Shown one piece after another: positions 1 to 9,504 of a stretch of DNA of 32,000 nt; the stretch's first letter is position 1, and every line of letters starts with the position of its first letter. This DNA comes from Aliivibrio fischeri ES114 (GTDB taxonomy: Bacteria > Pseudomonadota > Gammaproteobacteria > Enterobacterales > Vibrionaceae), in NCBI RefSeq assembly GCF_000011805.1, contig NC_006840.2; one strand, written 5' to 3'. A model generated the notes under the pieces. The model made no database searches, was not told where the DNA came from, and saw nothing but the letters and a program-made list of their open reading frames with translations. The position numbers were made by a program, and so were the translations under genes.

Positions 1-1
1 T

Positions 2-1024
2 GAAGACAATCAAAATGCTTACTCTTCAGACATTAATGTGTATGAGCTAACGCCACAAAAAGTAGCGGATTACCAAGTTAAGCAAGCATCAGCTCAAGCA
101 AATTTAGAACTTGAAGAGCAAGTGGCAAGTTACGAATACCGTGTTGGTCCTGGTGATATTTTAAACGTCACCATTTGGGACCACCCTGAGTTAACCATTC
201 CTGCTGGTTCATACCGTAGCTCAAGTGAATCAGGTAACTGGGTTCATGCCGATGGCACCATCTTTTACCCTTACATCGGTACGGTAGAAGTGGAAGGCAA
301 AACCGTTCGTGAAATCAGAACGGAAATTGCTCAAAAATTAAGAAAGTTTATTGAAAGCCCACAAGTGGACGTTAACGTAGCGGCGTTTCGTTCTAAAAAA
401 GCTTACGTAACCGGTGAAGTAGATAAACCAGGTCAACAAGCCATTACCAATATTCCATTAACGCTACTTGATGCGGTTAACCGCTCGGGTGGGTTAGGTG
501 AAGATGCAGATTGGCGAAACGTGACATTAACTCGCAATGGCAAAGAAGAAACCTTATCTCTTTATGCTCTAATGCAGCGTGGTGATTTAACTCAAAACCG
601 TTTATTGCAATCTGGCGATATTATTCATGTTCCTCGTAACGACACTCAAAAAGTATTTGTCATGGGTGAAGTGAAAGACCCGAAACTACTTAAAATGGAC
701 CGTTCAGGCATGAGCCTAACCGAAGCGCTAAGCAGTGTTGGTGGCATTAATGAATTATCAGCCGATGCCACAGGGGTTTTTGTTATTCGTTCATCAAGCC
801 CAGATAAAAAACAAGAAAGCATGGCGGATATTTATCAGTTAAATATTAAAGATGCTTCTGCACTTATTATTGGTACTGAGTTTGATTTAAAACCTTACGA
901 TATCGTTTATGTTACTGCTGCACCAATTACTCGTTGGAACCGTTTGATCATGCAACTTATGCCAACCATTACAGGCTTTAATGAGTTGACGGAAGGGGCG
1001 TTACGAGTGAAGAACTGGCCTTAA
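2..1024 (+). CDS. wza: Wza-like outer-membrane polysaccharide export protein, 5'-truncated by the window edge
   Basis: The reading frame stays open from base 2, before the track's GTG start at 38. Protein contains [19 protein letters not shown] and repeated SLBB-like segments ([24 protein letters not shown]). Followed by wzb and wzc. Confidence 0.93.
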   Translation, partial: EDNQNAYSSDINVYELTPQKVADYQVKQASAQANLELEEQVASYEYRVGPGDILNVTIWDHPELTIPAGSYRSSSESGNWVHADGTIFYPYIGTVEVEGKTVREIRTEIAQKLRKFIESPQVDVNVAAFRSKKAYVTGEVDKPGQQAITNIPLTLLDAVNRSGGLGEDADWRNVTLTRNGKEETLSLYALMQRGDLTQNRLLQSGDIIHVPRNDTQKVFVMGEVKDPKLLKMDRSGMSLTEALSSVGGINELSADATGVFVIRSSSPDKKQESMADIYQLNIKDASALIIGTEFDLKPYDIVYVTAAPITRWNRLIMQLMPTITGFNELTEGALRVKNWP

Positions 1025-1184
1025 ATGGTTAAAGGGACTAGGAAGAGCAGGGACTAGGGACTGGTAAAAGCAAAAGCTATAAGAATAATAATAGATTTAA
1101 ATAATTAAGGCTTAAAAAAACAGACCTTAATTAACAATAAAATAATAAGAAACAAAAAAGCACAATAATCACGGATGATTAGGT

Positions 1185-1535
1185 ATGCGATTTAAAGAAC
1201 TGGATGTATGGAAGAGAAGTTTTAAAGTATCGGTTTATATTTGTAAATCAATGAGATCTTGTAAAGATCTTGGCTTTAAAGACCAAATCTGTCGCTCATC
1301 AGTTTCTGTACCATCGAATATCGCAGAAGGATCAGAAAGAGGCTCAAATAAAGATAATATTCGCTTTCTTTTCTATGCAAAAGGCTCGTGCGCAGAGTTA
1401 CTAACTCAAGTTTTACTCGCAACAGAAATTGGCTATTTAAAAAAAGATGAAGTCAGTAATCTGATTATTGAATTAGAAGAAATCAATAAAATGATTGCAG
1501 GCTACATTAGATACTTACAGAGAACTAGGGGCTAG
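1185..1535 (+). CDS. Four helix bundle protein (23S rRNA IVS / S23-type family)
   Basis: 116 aa with family-type motifs FKELDVWKRSFKVSVYI, SSVSVPSNIAEGSERGS and KGSCAELLTQVLLATEIGYL. Confidence 0.85.
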   Translation: MRFKELDVWKRSFKVSVYICKSMRSCKDLGFKDQICRSSVSVPSNIAEGSERGSNKDNIRFLFYAKGSCAELLTQVLLATEIGYLKKDEVSNLIIELEEINKMIAGYIRYLQRTRG

Positions 1536-1565
1536 TAAACGCTAGCTTAAAGGGACGAGTATAAG

Positions 1566-1606
1566 CATTTTAAGCTCTTACTCGCCCCTTAAACCTAGTC
1601 CCTCGA
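1566..1606. repeat. Dispersed spacer repeat, copy A
   Basis: catttTaagctcttactcgcccc-ttaaacctagtccctcga; near-identical to 1836-1875. Confidence 0.9.
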
Positions 1607-1835
1607 CTCTAATCAAAACGGATAGATTGGCTACTATCACGTAAATTGCACTTCAGCACTTACTCGCCTCTAAAGTCTATCCTTTAAGATTAATATTTAA
1701 ACAAGACGGATAGATTGACTCTCCATAGCGCAAATTGCTTCTACGCTTTTGCTCTGTCTAGTCCTTAAAATCTAGTCCCTCATTTCTAATTTCAAAATTC
1801 AAATCAAGACGGATAGGTCTAAACCAGATGTAAGA

Positions 1836-1875
1836 CATTTAAGCTCTTACTCGCCCCTAAAACCTAGTCCCTCGA
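1836..1875. repeat. Dispersed spacer repeat, copy B
   Basis: catttaagctcttactcgcccctaaaacctagtccctcga; near-identical to 1566-1606. Confidence 0.9.
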
Positions 1876-1889
1876 AACTAATTTAATCC

Positions 1890-2330
1890 ATGTTCAATAA
1901 AATCTTAGTTGTCTGTGTCGGTAATATTTGCCGTTCTCCAACAGGCGAGCATATCTTAAAACAACTTCTTCCTAACAAAACTGTGGATTCTGCTGGTGTT
2001 GCGGTTGAAAAAAGTCGCTTAACTGGTAAAGCGGCGGATGCCATGGCTACCGAAGTGGCGGCAGAACATGGCATTAGCCTTGAGTCACATCAAGCACGAC
2101 AACTAACCAGTGACGTTTGCCGAGAATATGACTTAATTCTTGTGATGGAATCTGGTCATAAAGAAGCCGTGACCAATTTAGCGCCAGAAGCACGAAGCAA
2201 AACCATGTTATTTGGTCAATGGATAGGCCAACAAGATATTCCAGATCCATACCGCCAAAGCCGTGAAGCCTTTGACCATGCCTATGGATTAATAGAAAAA
2301 GCAGCTCAAGAGTGGGCGAAAAAGTTATAG
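1890..2330 (+). CDS. wzb: Low-molecular-weight protein-tyrosine phosphatase, Wzb-like
   Basis: N-terminal CVGNICRSPTGE (CX5R P-loop) and C-terminal DIPDPYRQS general-acid motif; located between wza and wzc. Confidence 0.93.
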   Translation: MFNKILVVCVGNICRSPTGEHILKQLLPNKTVDSAGVAVEKSRLTGKAADAMATEVAAEHGISLESHQARQLTSDVCREYDLILVMESGHKEAVTNLAPEARSKTMLFGQWIGQQDIPDPYRQSREAFDHAYGLIEKAAQEWAKKL

Positions 2331-2509
2331 ATGTGGTTTCGAGGAACTAGGAACGAGAATTTAGGGACGAGTTAAGTTTTAGGTGCTAGGGACGAGAACT
2401 TAGGAATGAGTAATGCTTTTACTGCTCTTACTTATTCCTTGCTCCTAGTCTCTTGCTCTTACTAATCTTTTACTGCTCTTACTCGTCCCTTGAACCTAGT
2501 CCCTAACTC

Positions 2510-2575
2510 TTATAAATCTTTTACTAGCTCCTAGTCCCTAGCTTTTATAAATCTTTTACTAGCTTCTAGTCCCTA
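2510..2575. repeat. Direct repeat, two 31-bp copies 35 bp apart, one mismatch
   Basis: TTATAAATCTTTTACTAGCTCCTAGTCCCTA at 2510-2540 and TTATAAATCTTTTACTAGCTTCTAGTCCCTA at 2545-2575. Confidence 0.92.
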
Positions 2576-2614
2576 AAAACTAGTCCCTAACTAAAGCAAC
2601 ATATTGGAACGTCC

Positions 2615-4777
2615 ATGTCACAAGCAATCAACTCTACCCGTGATACCTCTACCTCTGATGAAATCGATTTAGCAAAACTGTTTGGTCAGCTAATTGATGG
2701 TCGTTGGCTTATTCTTTCTATTACCACTTTATTTGCCATTGCGGGTATTGCGTTCGCACTTTTATCGACACCCATTTATAAAGCCGATGCCCTTGTTCAA
2801 GTAGAGCAAAAAAGCAATGGGGGCATGTCAGCACTTGTGGGCGATATGGGGGAAATGTTCGCCTCTGAATCATCATCAACCACTGAAATTGAGATCATCA
2901 AATCACGTATGATCTTAGGTGATACTGTTGATGCCTTGAACCTAACGACCATCGCCTCTCCACAATACATGCCTATTATTGGCAAAGGGTTATCTCGTTT
3001 AATGGGTGAAGAGAAAGCGATTAAAGTAAGTCGCTTTGATATTCCAAGATACGTAGATAAGCCTAACTTTACTCTAGTTTTAGATAACGCCGAACAAGGC
3101 ACTTATACCTTATTTGATGGACAAGAGCGAAAAATCTTAACAGGTAAAGTGGGTGTACTTGCAGATAAAAACGATTACCGCGTATTTGTTATGCAATTAG
3201 AAGGTAACACGGGCGATGTATTTGATGTGTCTAAAATTTCTCGTTTTGATGCAATTTTAGCACTGCAACAATCTTTATCTATTAGTGAAAAAGGTAAGCA
3301 ATCCGGCGTATTACAGTTTTCTCTAGAAGGTGAAAACAAAGCACAAATAGAAGCGATTATTAACGATGTAAGTCAAAATTACTTCTTACAAAACATTGCC
3401 CGCAACAGTGCAGAAGCTGAGCAAAGTCTTGAATTCTTGCAAGCTCAACTTCCTGCCATTAAAGATAAGCTGACTACTTCAGAAAATGTATTAAACGACT
3501 TTAGATTAGAGCGTAAATCCGTTGATTTAAGCTTAGAAGCTCGCTCAGCATTAGATGTGCTAGTAAAGTTAGAAGCGCAATTAAATGAACTGACTTTTAA
3601 AGAGAGTGAAATTAGCCAACGCTTTACTAAAGATCACCCAGCTTACAAATCATTAATTGATAAACGTAAAGTTTTACTGGCTGAGAAAGATCGTTTAAAC
3701 GGACAAGTGCAAAAGCTGCCAAAAACCCAACGTGAAGTACTGCGTATGCAGCGTGATGTAGAGCTAAACCAAGAGATCTACATTCAGCTACTGAACAAAA
3801 CTCAAGAATTAAACATAGTGAAAGCCGGTACTGTAGGCAACGTGCGTATTTTAGATACCGCGCAGGCTTATACTCATGCAGTAAAACCGAAAAAACCGTT
3901 AATTGTGGTATTAGCAACTTTATTAGGTGGCATGCTAAGTGTGGCAATCGTGCTACTTAAAGCTGCATTCCACCGTGGGGTAGAAAACCCAGATGAGATT
4001 GAAGCCTTAGGTATTCCTGTTTATGCCAGTATTCCAAAATCAAACTGGCAAGAAAAGCTAGATATTCGCTACAACAAAAAGAAAGTGAAACACTTAGAGA
4101 CGTTATTAGCAGAATCAAACCCTGCTGATTTATCCATTGAAGCACTGCGTGGCCTGCGTACCAGTATGCACTTTGCCATGATGGAAGCCAAAAACAACGT
4201 AGTGATGATCACCGGTCCTGCGCCAAACATTGGTAAATCTTTTGTAGCAGTAAACTTTGCTGCGGTTATTGCCAAAACAGGTCAAAAAGTATTGGTTGTG
4301 GATGCCGACATGCGTAAAGGCTATATGCAACGTTACTTTGGTATGAGGTGGGATAATGGTTTATCAGACTACTTATCAGGTAAATTAAGTTTAGAAGAGT
4401 CTATCCAAAAATCAGAAGTACCAAACTTAGATGTACTAACTCGTGGGCAAGTGCCGCCAAACCCATCTGAACTATTAATGACAAAACGTTTTAGTGATTT
4501 TATTGATTGGGCATCAGCTAATTACGATTTAGTGCTGATTGATACACCGCCAGTACTAGCGGTAACTGACCCAAGCATTGTAGGGGCACTAGCTGGCACA
4601 ACATTAATGGTTGGGCGTTTTGACCAAACGTCAGTTAAAGAAATTGATGTAGCAAGGCATAGATTTGAACAAGCAGGGATAGAAGTGAAAGGCTTTATCT
4701 TGAATGCGGTAGAGAAGAAAGCAAGTAGCACATACGGTTATGGTTACTATAACTACAGTTATGATAGCGATAAATAA
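2615..4777 (+). CDS. wzc: Wzc-like polysaccharide co-polymerase / BY-kinase
   Basis: 720 aa; N-terminal Wzz-like region (EIDLAKLFGQLIDGRW), Walker A TGPAPNIGKSFVAVN, VLVVDADMRKG, LVLIDTPPVLAVTD, and C-terminal Tyr cluster STYGYGYYNYSYDSDK. Confidence 0.95.
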   Translation: MSQAINSTRDTSTSDEIDLAKLFGQLIDGRWLILSITTLFAIAGIAFALLSTPIYKADALVQVEQKSNGGMSALVGDMGEMFASESSSTTEIEIIKSRMILGDTVDALNLTTIASPQYMPIIGKGLSRLMGEEKAIKVSRFDIPRYVDKPNFTLVLDNAEQGTYTLFDGQERKILTGKVGVLADKNDYRVFVMQLEGNTGDVFDVSKISRFDAILALQQSLSISEKGKQSGVLQFSLEGENKAQIEAIINDVSQNYFLQNIARNSAEAEQSLEFLQAQLPAIKDKLTTSENVLNDFRLERKSVDLSLEARSALDVLVKLEAQLNELTFKESEISQRFTKDHPAYKSLIDKRKVLLAEKDRLNGQVQKLPKTQREVLRMQRDVELNQEIYIQLLNKTQELNIVKAGTVGNVRILDTAQAYTHAVKPKKPLIVVLATLLGGMLSVAIVLLKAAFHRGVENPDEIEALGIPVYASIPKSNWQEKLDIRYNKKKVKHLETLLAESNPADLSIEALRGLRTSMHFAMMEAKNNVVMITGPAPNIGKSFVAVNFAAVIAKTGQKVLVVDADMRKGYMQRYFGMRWDNGLSDYLSGKLSLEESIQKSEVPNLDVLTRGQVPPNPSELLMTKRFSDFIDWASANYDLVLIDTPPVLAVTDPSIVGALAGTTLMVGRFDQTSVKEIDVARHRFEQAGIEVKGFILNAVEKKASSTYGYGYYNYSYDSDK

Positions 4778-4858
4778 GCTTATTCATAGTAGATAAAACA
4801 GAAGAAATAATCAATCAATATAACGTTTAACGTTGGCTAAAATTAAAATAGGACAAAC

Positions 4859-5953
4859 ATGAAGATTCTCGTCACAGGTGGTGCAGGTTTTATCGGCTCT
4901 GCAGTTGTTCGTCACATTATCAATAACACACAAGATAGCGTTATTAACTTAGATAAACTGACTTATGCAGGTAATTTGGAATCTTTATCTGATGTTGATT
5001 CAGATGAGCGCTATGTATTTGAACAAGTCGATATTTGTGACGGTGCAGAGTTAGACCGAGTATTTTCAGAGCACAAACCAGATGCAGTAATGCATCTGGC
5101 GGCAGAGTCTCATGTTGACCGCTCTATTGATGGTCCTGCGGCCTTTATTGAAACGAATATTGTAGGTACGTATACCTTACTTGAGGCAACGCGTTCTTAT
5201 TGGAATACCTTATCCGATGATAAAAAACAGGCATTTCGTTTTCACCATATCTCAACCGATGAAGTGTATGGTGATTTAGAAGGAACAGATGACTTGTTTA
5301 CTGAAACAACATCATATGAGCCATCTAGTCCATATTCAGCATCAAAAGCGTCTTCTGACCACCTAGTTCGAGCGTGGTTACGTACTTACGGCTTACCGAC
5401 AATAGTAACGAACTGTTCAAATAACTATGGTCCGTATCATTTTCCTGAAAAACTCATTCCATTAATGATTTTGAATGCCTTAGATGGTAAATCATTACCA
5501 ATTTACGGTAATGGCATGCAAATTCGTGATTGGTTGTTTGTGGAAGACCACGCACGCGCTTTATATAAAGTGGTGACAGAAGGTGTTGTAGGTGAAACCT
5601 ACAACATTGGTGGACACAATGAAAAAGCAAACATTGACGTAGTTAAGACCATTTGCTCATTACTTGAAGAATTAGTGCCGAATAAACCTGAAGGTGTTGC
5701 TCAATACCTTGACTTAATTACTTATGTTACAGACCGCCCAGGTCACGATGTTCGCTATGCCATTGATGCGTCGAAAATTGAGCGTGAATTAGGCTGGAAA
5801 CCAGAAGAAACATTTGAATCTGGTATTAGAAAAACCGTTGAATGGTATTTAGATAACAAACAATGGTGGTCACGCGTGTTAGATGGCTCTTATGCCGGTG
5901 AGCGTTTAGGTGTGTATTCAGAGTCTGCAGTAATTGAAAAGGAGGCTAAATAA
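4859..5953 (+). CDS. rfbB: dTDP-glucose 4,6-dehydratase
   Basis: [62 protein letters not shown]; adjacent rfbA and rfbC. Confidence 0.96.
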   Translation: MKILVTGGAGFIGSAVVRHIINNTQDSVINLDKLTYAGNLESLSDVDSDERYVFEQVDICDGAELDRVFSEHKPDAVMHLAAESHVDRSIDGPAAFIETNIVGTYTLLEATRSYWNTLSDDKKQAFRFHHISTDEVYGDLEGTDDLFTETTSYEPSSPYSASKASSDHLVRAWLRTYGLPTIVTNCSNNYGPYHFPEKLIPLMILNALDGKSLPIYGNGMQIRDWLFVEDHARALYKVVTEGVVGETYNIGGHNEKANIDVVKTICSLLEELVPNKPEGVAQYLDLITYVTDRPGHDVRYAIDASKIERELGWKPEETFESGIRKTVEWYLDNKQWWSRVLDGSYAGERLGVYSESAVIEKEAK

Positions 5954-6852
5954 TGAAAGGTATTGTACTTGCTGGTGGCTCCGGTACGCGTTTGTATCCA
6001 CTGACTCGTGGTGTATCAAAACAGCTTTTGCCTATTTACGATAAGCCAATGGTGTTCTACCCAATCTCGACCTTAATGCTTGCGGGTATTAAAGACATTT
6101 TAATTATTACAACACCTGAAGATAATGCTGGCTTTAAGCGTTTGTTGGGTGATGGCTCTGATTTTGGTATTAACCTTGAATATGCTATTCAACCAAGTCC
6201 TGATGGTTTAGCGCAAGCGTTTATTATTGGTGAAGAATTCATTGGTGATGACAGTGTCTGTTTAGTGCTTGGTGATAATATTTTCTATGGTCAGTCTTTT
6301 GGTAGAACCCTACGTAAGGCTGCTGCACGTGATTATGGAGCGTCAGTTTTTGGTTATCATGTAAAAGATCCTGAGCGTTTTGGTGTAGTTGAATTTGATA
6401 AAGATTATAAAGCATTGAGTATCGAAGAGAAGCCTGAAAATCCAAAATCAAATTGGGCTGTTACTGGGTTATATTTTTATGATAACCGTGTAGTGAGCTT
6501 TGCAAAGAAAGTTGAACCGTCTCATCGAGGGGAGCTGGAGATTACATCTATAAATCAGATGTATTTAAATGATGGTTCATTAAATGTTGAGCTATTAGGT
6601 CGTGGTTTTGCGTGGTTAGATACTGGTACTCACGAAAGTTTGCATGAAGCGTCGTCATTTGTTCAAACTATTGAAAATGTACAAGGTTTGAAAGTGGCTT
6701 GCCTTGAAGAAATTGCATGGTCACAAGGGTGGTTAAGTGATGAAAAAGTATATGAAATAGCAAAACCAATGCTTAAGAATGACTATGGGAAATATTTAGT
6801 TTCATTACTGGATAATGAAACGTTACGCAGTTCATTACAGGCGAATAAATAA
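5953..6852 (+). CDS. rfbA: Glucose-1-phosphate thymidylyltransferase
   Basis: [52 protein letters not shown]; 1-nt overlap with rfbB. Confidence 0.97.
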   Translation: MKGIVLAGGSGTRLYPLTRGVSKQLLPIYDKPMVFYPISTLMLAGIKDILIITTPEDNAGFKRLLGDGSDFGINLEYAIQPSPDGLAQAFIIGEEFIGDDSVCLVLGDNIFYGQSFGRTLRKAAARDYGASVFGYHVKDPERFGVVEFDKDYKALSIEEKPENPKSNWAVTGLYFYDNRVVSFAKKVEPSHRGELEITSINQMYLNDGSLNVELLGRGFAWLDTGTHESLHEASSFVQTIENVQGLKVACLEEIAWSQGWLSDEKVYEIAKPMLKNDYGKYLVSLLDNETLRSSLQANK

Positions 6853-7409
6853 TGGACATAATTAAAACAAAGTTAGCTGATTGTATAATCATTAAGCCTA
6901 AAGTATTTGGTGATGAAAGAGGTTTTTTTTTAGAAACATTTCATTCCCAACGTTATAAAGAAGTCGCCGGTATTAAAGAGCAATTTGTTCAAGATAATCG
7001 GTCTCAATCATCAAAAAATGTTCTTCGTGGGTTACATTTTCAAAAAACTAAGCCTCAAGGAAAATTAGTTACGGTAATTTCGGGTGAAGTGTTTGATGTG
7101 GCAGTTGACCTACGTCCAGAATCGGAAACTTTTGGCCAATATGAAGCGGTAGTATTGAGTGGTGATAATAAACTTCAGTTTTATGTCCCTCCTGGATTTG
7201 CACATGGATTCTGTGTGTTGAGTGAGTCAGCCGATTTTCAATACAAGTGTACTGATTATTATGATCCGGATGATGAGAGTGGCTTGTTGTGGAGTGATCC
7301 TATCATCAATATTCAATGGCCTTTAAAAACTCCTCTTTTATCGGAAAAAGATAAAATTCAACCATTATTGAGTGAAATTGAAGCTAAAATTAAAGAGGGG
7401 TGGGTATAG
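6852..7409 (+). CDS. rfbC: dTDP-4-dehydrorhamnose 3,5-epimerase
   Basis: VFGDERGFFLETFHSQRY, NVLRGLHFQ, VPPGFAHGFCVLS, YKCTDYYDP. Confidence 0.96.
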   Translation: MDIIKTKLADCIIIKPKVFGDERGFFLETFHSQRYKEVAGIKEQFVQDNRSQSSKNVLRGLHFQKTKPQGKLVTVISGEVFDVAVDLRPESETFGQYEAVVLSGDNKLQFYVPPGFAHGFCVLSESADFQYKCTDYYDPDDESGLLWSDPIINIQWPLKTPLLSEKDKIQPLLSEIEAKIKEGWV

Positions 7410-7410
7410 T

Positions 7411-8226
7411 ATGAGTAAGTTTACTGTCTTTGGTGGGCGAGGATTTATTGGCTCAGAATTTGTAAAAGAGCTTAGAACACAGGGACATGATGTATTTGTT
7501 CCTGAGAGAGAAGACTTAAGTATTTATGAAGATGATTTAGGAACTGTCATTTATAGTGCTGGATATGGCGATTGTCAAAGAGATCAATTTAATGTTCTAA
7601 CTGCAAATGTTATTTTACTTAGTAGTTTATTACAGAAAGCGAAATTTGATAAGTTAGTTTATATATCATCGACACGTGTTTACATGAATCAAAATGAATC
7701 ATCTGAATATTCAGATGTTACTATTTGTAGTAAAGATAATCGCCGTTTGTTTAATTTAACAAAGTTAACAGCTGAAGAGCTGTGTTTAAAAAGCGAGCGG
7801 GAGTGTTTGATTATAAGGCCAAGTAATGTTTACGGTTTAGCATTGAATAGTAATCTATTTTTACCATCGATAATTAGAAATGCAATTAAAAATAAACATA
7901 TAGATATGTATGTTGATAAAAATTACGAAAAAGATTATGTATCTGTTTATGATGTGGTTAGTAGCACATTGAAACTTATTAAGTTCCCACAGGAAGTTAA
8001 TAAAATAATAAATATTTCTAGTGGTGAAAATATATCAGCAAATGACATTGCTCAAGTCTTAATAAATAAAACAGGCTGTAGTATAAAATGGAAACAGACA
8101 TTGAATAACACAGAATGCTTTTCACCTATAGATATTAGTTATTTAAAGTCGCTAATCGATTATAAACCTAGAACGTTAATTAATGATATTAATAATATGG
8201 TTGATAGTTTTATTGAGAGTATTTAA
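7411..8226 (+). CDS. NAD(P)-dependent epimerase/dehydratase-type SDR; possible dTDP-4-keto-6-deoxyhexose reductase, or divergent/inactive
   Basis: Start placed at 7411 (MSKFTVFGGRGFIGSEF, right after the rfbC stop) rather than the track's 7372. Rossmann motif GGRGFIG. The expected YxxxK is read as FNLTK. Confidence 0.82.
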   Translation: MSKFTVFGGRGFIGSEFVKELRTQGHDVFVPEREDLSIYEDDLGTVIYSAGYGDCQRDQFNVLTANVILLSSLLQKAKFDKLVYISSTRVYMNQNESSEYSDVTICSKDNRRLFNLTKLTAEELCLKSERECLIIRPSNVYGLALNSNLFLPSIIRNAIKNKHIDMYVDKNYEKDYVSVYDVVSSTLKLIKFPQEVNKIINISSGENISANDIAQVLINKTGCSIKWKQTLNNTECFSPIDISYLKSLIDYKPRTLINDINNMVDSFIESI

Positions 8227-8229
8227 ATT

Positions 8230-9483
8230 ATGAAATTAAAGGGGGTAGATAATAAAATATTGTCTAATATATTTTCATTACTTTCTGTTCAAGGGGCATT
8301 GTATATAATACCTCTGATTACGCTGCCTTATTTAGTTAGAACTCTTGGTGTCGAAAATTATGGGGTTTTTGGTTTTTCTCTTGCAATTGTGAGTTATATG
8401 TCATTAATTGTTGATTATGGTTTTAATATAACAGCAACAAAGACTGGAGCGGAGATAAGGTATGATAAGAATAAATTAAGTAAGTTGTTTTTTGAAATAC
8501 TTTATTCTAAATTGTTTATGTTTATAATCTGTTCTTTATCCTCAATACTCTTCTCATTTTTTGTTGAAAATAATATTTTTAATAAAGATATTATATTTGT
8601 ATTAATGTTTACGGTTTTTAGTCAAGTTATATTTCCTATATGGTTTTTTCAAGCAATAGAAGAACTTAAACTAGTTGCAACTCTTAATTTTATATCAAAA
8701 TCACTCTCCGTACCATTAATCTTTATATTAATAAATGATGAAAAAGATTTGATAAAGTTGGCGGTTATACATGCTATAACCACAATAATACCAGCTATCT
8801 ACAGTGTTTATTATATACATATAAGAAAGCTTGTGTTTTTTTATAAGCCAAGTCTTAATTCTATTGTTTCTCAAATTAAAAATGGATGGCATATCTTCTT
8901 ATCTGGGATATCTATTAGTTTTTATTCAACAATAGTAACAGTATTTTTAGGTATTTTTTCTGGGGCCACAGAAACTGGGTATTTTGTAGCTGCTGATAGA
9001 TTAAGAAAGGCTGTTCAAGGTATATCAGGACCTATATCTCAGTCATTCTATCCAAGAATTAATAGTTTAATTAATACCAATAAAAAATCAGCTATTAATT
9101 TAATAAAAGTTCTTTATAAAATTCAATTTATTGTGACATTTATATTGTCCAGTTTATTATTCATTTTCTCAGAAGAAATAGTAGAAGTTTTATATGGAAA
9201 TGGTTTTGTTCAAAGTATTGTTATCTTGAAAGTTTTGTCTTATGTTCCATTTTTTGTGTCAATGAGTAATGCAAGTGGAATATGCGTAATTGTGAGCTTT
9301 GGTTTTAATAGATTATTTTCTAAAATAATGATGTTTAGTGGAGGGGTGGGGGTTGCTCTAAGTTTTTTATTAATAAATAGCTATGGTGCAATTGGTTCAG
9401 GTTTGTCAATTTTAATTTCTGAATTTATTATAGCAATAATAATGATTTATTTTGTTATAAAATTAAAATTATTGAAGCAGTAA
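8230..9483 (+). CDS. wzx: Oligosaccharide flippase (Wzx/RfbX family)
   Basis: 417 aa polytopic protein; YIIPLITLPYLVRTLGVENYGVFGFSLAIVSYMSLIVDYGFNITATK is typical of the family; position in cluster. Confidence 0.9.
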   Translation: MKLKGVDNKILSNIFSLLSVQGALYIIPLITLPYLVRTLGVENYGVFGFSLAIVSYMSLIVDYGFNITATKTGAEIRYDKNKLSKLFFEILYSKLFMFIICSLSSILFSFFVENNIFNKDIIFVLMFTVFSQVIFPIWFFQAIEELKLVATLNFISKSLSVPLIFILINDEKDLIKLAVIHAITTIIPAIYSVYYIHIRKLVFFYKPSLNSIVSQIKNGWHIFLSGISISFYSTIVTVFLGIFSGATETGYFVAADRLRKAVQGISGPISQSFYPRINSLINTNKKSAINLIKVLYKIQFIVTFILSSLLFIFSEEIVEVLYGNGFVQSIVILKVLSYVPFFVSMSNASGICVIVSFGFNRLFSKIMMFSGGVGVALSFLLINSYGAIGSGLSILISEFIIAIIMIYFVIKLKLLKQ

Positions 9484-9504
9484 TTTTTTACTATGGAGGT
9501 TAAT

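Noticed and set aside
1103-1132. AATTAAGG...CCTTAATT inverted repeat upstream of the four-helix-bundle gene, considered as a terminator or mobile-element end
   Set aside because: AT-rich 8-bp arms, no T-tract, and no matching copy found on the far side of the gene.
1185-1535. Four-helix-bundle ORF considered as the Avd component of a diversity-generating retroelement
   Set aside because: No reverse transcriptase, template/variable repeat pair or target gene is visible nearby.
1185-1535. Possibility that the ORF lies within a 23S rRNA intervening sequence
   Set aside because: Flanking DNA is wza and wzb coding sequence with repeat spacers, not rRNA.
1883-2074. Minus-strand ORF opposite wzb
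   Set aside because: Lies antisense to a strongly supported wzb; no recognisable motifs.
2797-4731. Minus-strand ORFs opposite wzc (2797-3102, 3627-3947, 3957-4145, 4069-4275, 4130-4330, 4522-4731)
   Set aside because: All are shadows of the long wzc frame; no motifs and implausible composition.
4778-4858. Palindromic-looking AACGTTTAACGTT between wzc and rfbB considered as an operator
   Set aside because: Too short and AT-rich to support a specific regulatory claim.
6239-6451. Minus-strand ORF opposite rfbA
   Set aside because: Shadow ORF with low-complexity protein (many H/Q/L) opposite a canonical gene.
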